From: Candidatus Nanohalobium constans
GTDB taxonomy: Archaea > Nanohalarchaeota > Nanosalinia > Nanosalinales > Nanosalinaceae
Length of the DNA stretch: 32,000 bases
Direction: 5' to 3'
Assembly: GCF_009617975.1 (NCBI RefSeq)
Contig: NZ_CP040089.1
Coordinates: 660,001-692,000 of the forward strand
In this document: one piece after another, positions 7,155 through 14,457 of the stretch
How positions within the stretch are numbered: the stretch's first letter is position 1
Layout: the number at the start of each line of letters is the position of its first letter
Translations under genes and position numbers: made by a program
The notes under the pieces: generated by a model
The model's database searches: none
Told to the model about the DNA's origin: nothing
The model's input: the letters and a program-made list of their open reading frames with translations, nothing else

Positions 7155-8417
7155 ATGAGTTCTAAGGATAAAATGAAAGAAATGCGTGAAAAGTCCCAGG
7201 AAAGAAGGATGGATTCTGCACAAGAGTTCTCAGACAAACTACTAGATAAACTCGGCGACAAAGTGAAAGTAGTAGCCGTCTGGGGGAGCGTTGCCAAAGG
7301 AGAGCACGGACACGACTCAGATATCGATACACTTGTTGTTTTAGATGATACTAAATTACAGAAAGATGTTCCTGAAGATGCTAAAAAGAAGATTAGGAAA
7401 AAGGTTACAGACCTTGCTAAGGAAACAGATGATAGAATTACTATCCAGTACTTCCCGTTCCTTACCGAGTTCTGGGACTCACTTAGGAAAGGAGAACCTC
7501 TAGCTATCGAAGCCGTGCGTAACGGCAGCCCGGTATACGACACAGGGATCTTTATGCCAGCTAAAAGACTGCTGGAAAGAGGAAAGATCAGTGGAACACA
7601 GGAATCAGTCAAGAAAAGATTGAAACTTGGTGCAGCAGGATACAAGAAAGCAGAGAAAACGATGAAGTCTTCACTTCCTCACAAACTCGAACAGGCAATG
7701 GCTAACGCCGGTCAGGCACCAATCATGCTTTCAGGAGCAAATCCTCCTCCAAAGGAGAAAGTTCCAGAGAAGCTTGAGGAAATGTTTGTAGAGCAGGATA
7801 TGCTTGAGCAGGAGTATGTTGACATGGCTCAGGAAATCTACGACTTCGGTGACAAAGGTGAGAAAAATCCTGAGGAAGTGACTGGTGAAGAACTAGATGA
7901 GATGATGGAGAAGACAGACGACTATGTCCGAAGAATGCACAAGCTGGTCTCTCAGATGGGTGCAAAGAAGAAGGTCAGAGGACTGGTCGACGACTACAAG
8001 AAGTTCCTCAAGGCCAATGTCGCAGCACTCAGAGCACAAGATGTCGAACCACCGGAAGACAAGGACGACCTCCCACAGGTAGTAGAGCAGAACCTTGATG
8101 TCGACGAAGAACACCTGGAAATGTTCGACAGATGGGAGAAAGTAGTTGAAAAAGTCAAGGAGAAAGAGATGGACGACCTAGAAGACAAAGAAATCTACGA
8201 GCTCAAGAACGAAACCAGAGAATTCGTCAAGAAAGTAGGCAAAGAGTACCAAGAAATGAAGGAAGAGAAGACGGAGGAAGCAGAGAAGATGGCACCAGAC
8301 ATGGACACCACCTCAGTCGCCAAAGCAGCAGACACAGAGGAAATGGTTCCAAACCTTCAGGAAAAAGCTGAGAAAGAAGTAGAAAGTGAAGAAGACTCTG
8401 AGGAGGAAGAAAAGTAA
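7155..8417 (+). CDS. Pol-beta-superfamily (minimal/KNTase-like) nucleotidyltransferase with a long acidic C-terminal extension
   Basis: The N-terminus carries the classic motif VVAVWGSVAKGEHGHDSDIDTLVVLDD (GS...DxD). This is followed by a helical region and an E/K/D-rich tail of about 150 aa ending in ESEEDSEEEEK. Confidence 0.8.
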   Translation: MSSKDKMKEMREKSQERRMDSAQEFSDKLLDKLGDKVKVVAVWGSVAKGEHGHDSDIDTLVVLDDTKLQKDVPEDAKKKIRKKVTDLAKETDDRITIQYFPFLTEFWDSLRKGEPLAIEAVRNGSPVYDTGIFMPAKRLLERGKISGTQESVKKRLKLGAAGYKKAEKTMKSSLPHKLEQAMANAGQAPIMLSGANPPPKEKVPEKLEEMFVEQDMLEQEYVDMAQEIYDFGDKGEKNPEEVTGEELDEMMEKTDDYVRRMHKLVSQMGAKKKVRGLVDDYKKFLKANVAALRAQDVEPPEDKDDLPQVVEQNLDVDEEHLEMFDRWEKVVEKVKEKEMDDLEDKEIYELKNETREFVKKVGKEYQEMKEEKTEEAEKMAPDMDTTSVAKAADTEEMVPNLQEKAEKEVESEEDSEEEEK

Positions 8418-8855
8418 CTAGTCATCTGGGAAAAGATACTCATGGATATGTGAGTGTTTTAATTCCCACACTTTTTCTTTAATCTCTTCTTTATCGATGA
8501 ATTCAGGTTTTCCTTCCCAAGACCCATCTTTATCTCCTCTAACTACTTCTGCTTCAAAGAATATTTCCGGTCCTCCGCTTCCGTTCTGTTCAACATCCAG
8601 TAATTGTGTAATCTCTACTTCGAAACCGGTTTCCTCCTTAACTTCTCTTCTGGCTGCTTCTTTCAAATCCTCATCTTCGTCCATGAAGCCTCCTGGAAGA
8701 CGGTAACTTCCATCCAATTCTAAAGCAAGAACATCATCGTTTTCACCATGAGCCAGTACTGCAACAGTTGGTGGAGGCCAAAAAATCTTCGAAAACAGTT
8801 TCCCTAGATATTTCTCAGGGTAAGATTTGATGAAGGAACCGAAATTCATACACAT
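8418..8855 (-). CDS. NUDIX hydrolase
   Basis: Nudix box GGFMDEDEDLKEAARREVKEETGFEV (Gx5Ex7REUxEExGU pattern). The size, 145 aa, is typical. Its stop codon directly abuts the stop of the convergent gene. Confidence 0.85.
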   Translation of the reverse strand: MCMNFGSFIKSYPEKYLGKLFSKIFWPPPTVAVLAHGENDDVLALELDGSYRLPGGFMDEDEDLKEAARREVKEETGFEVEITQLLDVEQNGSGGPEIFFEAEVVRGDKDGSWEGKPEFIDKEEIKEKVWELKHSHIHEYLFPDD

Positions 8856-8905
8856 ATTGCTGAGGAAGGCTGAATTAAAAAAATGGATAGTGAGAAAAGT
8901 TTTGT

Positions 8906-9436
8906 TTAAATTTTGCAGGCGTCAGGGTTTCCTGTTCTTATTATGAGGGCTACAAGCAGTAAAACCCCTCCAAGCCTCAGACTGTTCCCCGCAAACGGCA
9001 TTGATGCTAGTACTCCGCCAAAACCGAGGAGCGAGAGTACCCCAACACCACAAGAAGCACATCCTCCTGCAAGAAATCCTGGAAGGGCGCCCAGAGAGCT
9101 TAGGTTGATTCTATTCATTCTGAGCTGAACGACCGTATTGGTCATCGTCACTCCTACAAGCATTGAAAACCCTGCTGTAAGTAGAAGACCTGTATAACCC
9201 GCATTCATTATCATACCAGTTAAGCGAGTTGTAAATGCTATACTCCAGTACTGCATACCTGAAGACAGCATCTGGAGCGAGTAACCAGGATTAGCAGAGA
9301 AAATAGTGAGGAGAAAGGTTGAGAGCGATACCGCTGCAGTACCTAGAGCCCTCTTCCTATTTGAAACAGAGCCCTTGAGACCCTGTGAAAGACCTCTCTT
9401 CCATGCCTGCGGATTCACTTTTACTTGGATTGCCAT
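8906..9436 (-). CDS. ~4-TM membrane protein with an intramembrane CxxC motif (GGCASCG); putative redox partner of the upstream DsbA-like protein
   Basis: I trimmed the track ORF to the ATG at 9436 (MAIQVKVNPQAWKRG...), which lies 1 nt after the DsbA-like TAA stop (TAAGATG). Hydrophobic segments are present, along with the motif LPGFLAGGCASCGVGVLSLLGFGG and a third Cys near the C-terminus (NPDACKI). Confidence 0.7.
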   Translation of the reverse strand: MAIQVKVNPQAWKRGLSQGLKGSVSNRKRALGTAAVSLSTFLLTIFSANPGYSLQMLSSGMQYWSIAFTTRLTGMIMNAGYTGLLLTAGFSMLVGVTMTNTVVQLRMNRINLSSLGALPGFLAGGCASCGVGVLSLLGFGGVLASMPFAGNSLRLGGVLLLVALIIRTGNPDACKI

Positions 9437-9437
9437 C

Positions 9438-10247
9438 TTATCCTGCCATCCATTGATCTCTTCTTTCAAAGAGTTCGTCATGGAAATCCCAATAACTATC
9501 CTGCTCATGCTCATATACACAGTTCGCTGCCTGGTGAGCCATAGGTCCGTTCGGATGTAATTGTGGGACAGGATAGTCCTTCGAGATGAACTCTACTTCG
9601 CCAGTGTCAATGTACTGGCTTTCAAGATTACTTGCGATGTTCATCTTGTCGATAGGAGTTCTGCCTGAGGCATCTATTCCCTGCCATTCAGCGCAGAACG
9701 GACAACCAAACTCGTTGTATTCTACGACTTTGATCGATGCGTTCTCATCGCCTTTGCTCGGCTCGCCTTCAAGCTCAATTCCATCTAAAGTTGTCAAATT
9801 TCCGGGACTATCGCTTCTGACTGTTTTGAATGCTTGTTCAAATCTTGAAAGCGGCTGTGCACCCGTAATCTTGACGAAACCTTTCTCCTGGTTCCCTACG
9901 AAGAATGTTGGAGTTCCAAAGCCGCCCAATTTTTGAGCTGCAGTATTTCTATCTTCCAAGGCTTCCTCGTTATCTGATTCCTGGTAACACTGCATCACCT
10001 TATCCGTATCGAGCTCTAGATCGTTGGAGATTTGACGGAATGTTTCCTCTGGAGTCTGACCGGTTGAAGCTTCTGCCTCATCACCAGGGTTAGGATCTAA
10101 GTTCTCAGTCCCAGTCTTATCTTGGTTAGGTGCCGCCATTGTTCCTGCAGCGAACCCTCCTAGACCGCCAACTACAAGACCTGCTGCGAGAGAGAAAATC
10201 GCAGCCTGCTTTGCAGTAAATTCAAGTGTTAAACCTTCTTCAGTCAT
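9438..10247 (-). CDS. Membrane-anchored DsbA-like thiol:disulfide oxidoreductase (thioredoxin fold)
   Basis: It has an N-terminal TM helix (AAIFSLAAGLVVGGLGGFAAG). The active site is VVEYNEFGCPFCAEW (CPFC). Downstream, HPNGPMAHQAANCVYEHEQDSYWDFHDELF is typical of DsbA/Thioredoxin_4-type domains. Confidence 0.8.
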   Translation of the reverse strand: MTEEGLTLEFTAKQAAIFSLAAGLVVGGLGGFAAGTMAAPNQDKTGTENLDPNPGDEAEASTGQTPEETFRQISNDLELDTDKVMQCYQESDNEEALEDRNTAAQKLGGFGTPTFFVGNQEKGFVKITGAQPLSRFEQAFKTVRSDSPGNLTTLDGIELEGEPSKGDENASIKVVEYNEFGCPFCAEWQGIDASGRTPIDKMNIASNLESQYIDTGEVEFISKDYPVPQLHPNGPMAHQAANCVYEHEQDSYWDFHDELFERRDQWMAG

Positions 10248-10399
10248 TCTGGACCCTCTCTAATTTTTGAGTATGCTGATTTACTATCTGAACTCATATT
10301 TTCTGACAAGAATTCTGGTTTCATATTGATACAAGGTTTACAAAGGATATTAAAGGGTCAAGTGGACTTAGTGATACATGGTTTCGAGGTCGATACGGC

Positions 10400-10774
10400 A
10401 TGTCTAAAAAACAGGGCAGTATCCCTGTCTGGTGTAAAAGTGAGGAGTGGTGTGCGTTGAAATCTACTTCAAAGATTCTCGGTCACAAGTGGGTTCCTGT
10501 CATCACATACCACATTCATGATAACGAAGAAATTCGCTTCTCAGAGATAAAGAAAGAAGTGGGTGGCATAACCAACAAGACCCTAAGCAACAACCTGGAC
10601 AGAATGGAGGAACAAGGCATAATCAACAGAAATGTAGAGGACGACAAGCCTGTGAAGATCACATATGACCTAACAGAGTTCGGAGAAAAACTGATCCCTC
10701 TCGTTGAAGAAATGATCTCCTGGGGACAAGACAACCTAAGAGAAGGAAATAAAGATGAAGCATGGGTGAAATAA
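10400..10774 (+). CDS. hxlR: HxlR-family winged-helix transcriptional regulator
   Basis: CALKSTSKILGHKWVPVITYHI...IRFSEIKKEVGGITNKTLSNNLDRMEEQGIINR...YDLTEFGEKLIPLV matches the HxlR pattern, including N-terminal Cys residues. Confidence 0.85.
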   Translation: MSKKQGSIPVWCKSEEWCALKSTSKILGHKWVPVITYHIHDNEEIRFSEIKKEVGGITNKTLSNNLDRMEEQGIINRNVEDDKPVKITYDLTEFGEKLIPLVEEMISWGQDNLREGNKDEAWVK

Positions 10775-10821
10775 AGACCAGCTATAAACCCCCGCATTTC
10801 AAAATTTTCTACTGTGATAAA

Positions 10822-11250
10822 ATGAAGTCCAAAGTACACGCAGAATCAAAGAACCAGACAAAGGTAGAAGTAAATGTCAGAGGATACAGTTTTGAGATAG
10901 ACGAACCAGAGGCAGAAGGTGGAACCGGTTCCGCTCCAAATCCTGTAGAGTATGAACTCGGAGCACTTACAGGCTGTCTCAACGTTGTAGCGCATCTGGT
11001 CGCAAAAGAGAAAGGGGTTGAACTTGAATCACTTGAGATAGATGCCTCCGGAGAACTCAATCCAGCAAAATTCCAGGGAAAGGAAACAGATGAAAGAGCA
11101 GGCTTCCAGGAAATCGAACTCAACATAAAGGCAGAAGCTGACACCGACGACGAAACACTGAGAGAAATCTTCGAAGAAGCAGAGAAAAGATGCCCTGTCA
11201 GAGACAACATCAACCACGAAACACCGGTAGAACTCAACATAAACACCTGA
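10822..11250 (+). CDS. osmC: OsmC/Ohr-family peroxiredoxin-like protein
   Basis: Motifs GGTGSAPNPVEYELGALTGCLNVV and EKRCPVRDNI (the two conserved Cys). I prefer the ATG at 10822, giving 142 aa, a typical size. The alternative ATG at 10762 would overlap hxlR by 13 nt. Confidence 0.85.
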   Translation: MKSKVHAESKNQTKVEVNVRGYSFEIDEPEAEGGTGSAPNPVEYELGALTGCLNVVAHLVAKEKGVELESLEIDASGELNPAKFQGKETDERAGFQEIELNIKAEADTDDETLREIFEEAEKRCPVRDNINHETPVELNINT

Positions 11251-11292
11251 AACCCCGACAGATATTTACGTAAAGAACCCATAACCAGTAAT

Positions 11293-11517
11293 ATGGAAGA
11301 AAACGTGGGAGACACTGACAGCATCGTCCGCATCACACTAGGAGCAGTAGCAGGGCTACTATCGCTTGGAATACTGGCTGATGTACTGCCTTCCAGTCTG
11401 ACACTACCCGAGATTGCATCACCAATCCTGGGAGTTGTAGCGATCGCACTGCTGGCAACAGGATTCACAAGCAAATGTGGACTCTACTCCGTATTAGGCA
11501 TGGACACTAGAGAATAA
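11293..11517 (+). CDS. DUF2892 (YgaP-like) small membrane protein
   Basis: 74 aa with two hydrophobic helices and the C-terminal motif TGFTSKCGLYSVLGMDT, characteristic of DUF2892. Confidence 0.7.
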   Translation: MEENVGDTDSIVRITLGAVAGLLSLGILADVLPSSLTLPEIASPILGVVAIALLATGFTSKCGLYSVLGMDTRE

Positions 11518-11520
11518 AAT

Positions 11521-11540
11521 TTTCTCACTTTTTCTTTTCT
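11521..11540 (+). terminator. Oligo-T tract; candidate archaeal terminator
   Basis: TTTCTCACTTTTTCTTTTCT lies immediately after the stop at 11517, in a convergent spacer. Confidence 0.35.
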
Positions 11541-11616
11541 AAAATTTCTGAGTAGCGTGTCCCAAGCGATTAAGTGCTAATTGTATCTTTTAGCAAGCTG
11601 AGGATTTGGGATTTTC

Positions 11617-11638
11617 AAAAAAGAGGGAAAAAGAAAAT
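11617..11638 (-). terminator. Oligo-T tracts on the minus strand; candidate terminator for the hydrolase gene
   Basis: The minus strand reads CTATTTTCTTTTTCCCTCTTTTTTG just after the stop at 11647. Confidence 0.35.
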
Positions 11639-11646
11639 AGAATTTA

Positions 11647-12720
11647 TTAACTCTGAACTTCACTCATAACCTTCTCTGCTATCTCCTGATTGTTTTCTCC
11701 CTGCATCAACAGGTGTGAGTTGCCTTCTATGCCCATGTCTGGTAGTGAGATCATCTCTGCTTCTCCACCGTTCTCGTTGATGAGGTCGATGGTTGTTTCA
11801 CATGCCTGTTTTCTACCTGTCTGTCCTCTTTCTTGGACGTAGTCGCCGTAGACTGCGACGAACTCCGTGCCGCTGAACACCTGGCTTTCTGTTTCAGGAC
11901 ATCCAACAGGTTCAACAGCGACTAAGGTCTCAATAAGCTCAGGCCTCTGCCTTGCTACCTCGAAACCTGTGGCTCCTTCCGCCGAGTGAACGATTACTGT
12001 TGCAGGACCGGTTCTTTCAAGTAGATCGATCAGTGCTTCTGTGGAGGCCTCCGAGCCGAAGCTCATGCCTCCCTGAGCTGAACCTTGACTGCTTCTTCCT
12101 GACTGTTGACTCTGTCCTGAGAGGTTTCCATCGAACTGCCCACCTTGACCTTCAGTTCTACTAGACTGACCTGAAGCTCCTCCCTGTCCTGAACGGGTCG
12201 ATGTGTACTGCGGGAAGTTATCCTCAAGTTCCTGAATCTGGCTGACAGGATACTTGCTGTCGTCGTAAGCTTCTCCCTGTTGTGGTCCGAAGCCCCACTT
12301 GCTCCACGCACGACCAAGACTCCACTGAGATGTACTTACTGAATCATCCACTGTCTCATTCGAGTCGACGATGTTCGGCGGATTGTAAACATAAGAAGTG
12401 TACCCTTTCTCATCGAATATCTGAGCCCAGCCATCTCTATCATCCGGAGTATCCGTGTAAATATACTCGTCAAGGCCTAGACCCGGAACCATCACGACAG
12501 GATCGCCGCCTTCCGAATCACTGAACTTATACACTTCCGCACGCTCCTGAGGGCCTTCACCACCGACAAAAAACACCTCTTCAACGCTACTCTCCGTCGA
12601 ACCATCACCTGAGGCCTGTAAAGCCATCAAAGCCGCGACCGACACAATAGACAGGAAAAAGACCGTTAACACGATTTTAGTAGACTCGTCCTTCAACTTA
12701 TTGAAATAGTTCTCTTTCAT
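11647..12720 (-). CDS. Membrane-anchored alpha/beta-hydrolase-like protein with an internal Q/G/S-rich low-complexity insert
   Basis: I trimmed it to the ATG at 12720 (MKENYFNKLKDESTKIVLTVFFLSIVSVAALMAL, a signal/anchor sequence). A GGTTTAAATCC TATA-like box lies about 25 nt upstream. It contains DPVVMVPGLG and a nucleophile-elbow-like VIVHSAEGATG. The fold call is tentative. Confidence 0.55.
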   Translation of the reverse strand: MKENYFNKLKDESTKIVLTVFFLSIVSVAALMALQASGDGSTESSVEEVFFVGGEGPQERAEVYKFSDSEGGDPVVMVPGLGLDEYIYTDTPDDRDGWAQIFDEKGYTSYVYNPPNIVDSNETVDDSVSTSQWSLGRAWSKWGFGPQQGEAYDDSKYPVSQIQELEDNFPQYTSTRSGQGGASGQSSRTEGQGGQFDGNLSGQSQQSGRSSQGSAQGGMSFGSEASTEALIDLLERTGPATVIVHSAEGATGFEVARQRPELIETLVAVEPVGCPETESQVFSGTEFVAVYGDYVQERGQTGRKQACETTIDLINENGGEAEMISLPDMGIEGNSHLLMQGENNQEIAEKVMSEVQS

Positions 12721-12757
12721 ACCCAGAAACAGTTCACAGGGATTTAAACCCTCCTCT

Positions 12758-12778
12758 CCCAACTAACACCCAAATTCA
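12758..12778. repeat. Copy 1 of a 21-bp direct repeat, CCCAACTAACACCCAAATTCA
   Basis: It matches 14020..14040 at 20 of 21 positions, with 15 consecutive identities (TAACACCCAAATTCA). On the minus strand it contains two ATTTGGG/AGTTGGG half-sites 11 nt apart, directly upstream of the TTTAAA box of the hydrolase gene. Confidence 0.6.
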
Positions 12779-13189
12779 ATCAGAGCTTAAAGTTTTCTTT
12801 AAATGTTTAAATAACTCTTTAAACGGATCTATCAAAGATTCGAATGCAATACTTATTCCGGTGATATTAAAGTTCTGAATAAGGGAAAAAGTACTTTTCT
12901 TATTTTTACCATCTAACTTTAAGATGTATTCATCTCCTTCCGGTTCAGGTTTAATTAAGCCTCTTTCTAAGTCATATTGATCTAAATTTCTAAGTTTGGT
13001 TTCATCGACATCCGTTATGAATGTGGTTCTTCGCGACACATCATCATTTTTGATTTCTGCGTCAATATAGCCAGCTCTGTCAAGTTCTTTGAGTTCTTCT
13101 ATATGTTCGTATGGGTCAAAGTGTTCATGATTTACTATTTTCCTCAGTAATTTTTCTTTCTCTTCATACATGTGAATAGATTTTCCCAT
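12776..13189 (-). CDS. Hypothetical protein (137 aa); AT-richer than its neighbours by eye
   Basis: ATG-started ORF with plausible protein-like composition (MGKSIHMYEEKEKLLRKIVNHEHFDPYEHIEELKELDRAGYIDAEI...). I recognise no motif. Confidence 0.55.
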   Translation of the reverse strand: MGKSIHMYEEKEKLLRKIVNHEHFDPYEHIEELKELDRAGYIDAEIKNDDVSRRTTFITDVDETKLRNLDQYDLERGLIKPEPEGDEYILKLDGKNKKSTFSLIQNFNITGISIAFESLIDPFKELFKHLKKTLSSD

Positions 13190-13201
13190 CTTAATTCAAA
13201 A

Positions 13202-13227
13202 GTACACCGTCTTTTTAGATGGTGTAC
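13202..13227 (-). terminator. Stem-loop followed by U4 on the minus-strand transcript (terminator-like)
   Basis: GTACACC...GGTGTAC forms a 7-bp perfect stem. On the minus strand it is followed by TTTTGAATT. It sits between the membrane gene stop (13231) and the start of the 137-aa gene (13189). Confidence 0.4.
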
Positions 13228-13230
13228 GGT

Positions 13231-13629
13231 TTACTGATAGGTTTCGTAGAGAATAACACCAGAGGCCACTGTCACAAACATGTCTGGTAGGTAGGCGAAT
13301 ACTCCGAGTCCGAGGCCTCCTTTGATGCCGAAGAGTGTCTGTACCAGCGGGCTGGATGCTGTGGCATACATCAGGAGTGCAAGGCTGAAGATTGTGAGGC
13401 TTCTGCCCATGTCTGTTCCCATCTGTTTGTAGAGTTTGTAGTAGTTGATGGAGAGTGCTGACAGGAGGACGATGTTTGCTGATGTGAAGAAGACTTTGGC
13501 GAGTATGATGTTTTCGAATATTCTTCTGTGGCCGAAGAAAGTCATCAGGTTGTTGGCAAGTATTGCTGTGGCTGCTCCAAATATTAGGCTTCCGACGATT
13601 ATTGTTTTTAGCTCGTTTTCTGGCTTCAT
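13231..13629 (-). CDS. 4-TM membrane protein paired with the upstream wHTH regulator
   Basis: 132 aa and hydrophobic throughout (IIVGSLIFGAATAILANNL, VFFTSANIVLLSALSINYY, LTIFSLALLMYATASS, GLGVFAYLPDMFVTVASGVIL). It has a 4-nt ATGA overlap with the upstream gene. Confidence 0.7.
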   Translation of the reverse strand: MKPENELKTIIVGSLIFGAATAILANNLMTFFGHRRIFENIILAKVFFTSANIVLLSALSINYYKLYKQMGTDMGRSLTIFSLALLMYATASSPLVQTLFGIKGGLGLGVFAYLPDMFVTVASGVILYETYQ

Positions 13630-13919
13630 TTCTCTACACCTGATTGTTCTGCGATTCTTTCTATTTCATCCATGTATTTCTGCGTTTTATCTGTCAAAAA
13701 ATAGTTTTTACCGTAGCCTTCTCTCATCGTCTCTATAACCTCGCTGTCCTGAAGCTTCTCCAAATGATGCTCTACCGTCTTGTAATCAAGATCAAGCACT
13801 TCTGAAAGCTGGTTGGCATTACTCGGGCTATCCCGGAGAAACATTATAATCCTCAACCTGTTATCTCCTCCTCTACTCCCTGCGATAAGCCACCAAAGTG
13901 CTTTCTTGAAATTATCCAT
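13626..13919 (-). CDS. ArsR-like winged-helix transcriptional regulator
   Basis: GGDNRLRIIMFLRDSPSNANQLSEVLDLDYKTVEHHLEKLQDSEVIE is a typical archaeal ArsR/wHTH pattern. The protein is 97 aa. Confidence 0.8.
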   Translation of the reverse strand: MDNFKKALWWLIAGSRGGDNRLRIIMFLRDSPSNANQLSEVLDLDYKTVEHHLEKLQDSEVIETMREGYGKNYFLTDKTQKYMDEIERIAEQSGVEK

Positions 13920-14019
13920 TTTCCAACCGCTATCATCAAAACTACAATAATCCCATTTAACTTCTCAGATTTTGGAAAACCCAAAAAGGAATTGCCGAAG
14001 ATCTCTTATAACACAACAA

Positions 14020-14040
14020 CCCAAATAACACCCAAATTCA
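14020..14040. repeat. Copy 2 of the 21-bp direct repeat, CCCAAATAACACCCAAATTCA
   Basis: See copy 1. On the minus strand it reads ATTTGGGTGTTATTTGGG and is followed 8 nt later by a TTATAA box. It lies in the 188-nt spacer upstream of the wHTH gene. Confidence 0.6.
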
Positions 14041-14107
14041 GCATCCACCCTGATCCACTAATAATTTCAATTAAGAAAGGGAAAAACAGCAGATAAAAAT
14101 CAGTGAT

Positions 14108-14362
14108 TTAATTTATCTCCAGATCTTCTCCCTGACTTTCTTCAGACCATTCTACTTCCATCTCGATCGACAGATCGCCATCTTTTTCTTCCTCGACTTC
14201 GATCTCGAACTCTACCTGGTCGGACGGTGTTAACTCTATGCTGTCCTGTCCAGCCTTGAGCTCAACCTTGCCGTCTCCAATTTTATCAGCCAGATCATGA
14301 AGTTTCTGGGCTGCATCCTCTCTGCTCATCATACTTTCCGTGCGTAGAAGTTTTCGTGACAT
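14108..14362 (-). CDS. Amphi-Trp domain protein (~84 aa)
   Basis: MSRKLLRTESMMSREDAAQKLHDLADKIGDGKVELKAGQDSIELTPSDQVEFEIEVEEEKDGDLSIEMEVEW matches my memory of the amphi-Trp domain. The track ORF extends to the ATG at 14461, which forms an ATGA overlap with the upstream gene, so the start is ambiguous. Confidence 0.6.
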   Translation of the reverse strand: MSRKLLRTESMMSREDAAQKLHDLADKIGDGKVELKAGQDSIELTPSDQVEFEIEVEEEKDGDLSIEMEVEWSEESQGEDLEIN

Positions 14363-14457
14363 AGTAGATAATGGAGCCTGAAATGTATTATCTCTTTCGT
14401 TTGAAGATATCAACTTTCTGAATAAGAAAGAAGAAAAAGATTCTATTAAGAGAGATT

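Noticed and set aside
7022-7645. The N-terminal ~200 aa of track ORF 6491..7645.
   Set aside because: This part overlaps the well-supported nucleotidyltransferase gene on the opposite strand. It is Ser/Leu-rich and low-complexity. A TATA-like box and an ATG at 7021 give a sensible shorter gene.
13920-14107. A possible C/D-box sRNA or other ncRNA in the unusually long 188-nt spacer. The minus strand contains TGATGA and CTGA elements.
   Set aside because: The order and spacing of the boxes are wrong: CTGA precedes the TGATGA that sits next to the wHTH start codon. There is no terminal stem and no convincing second box pair.
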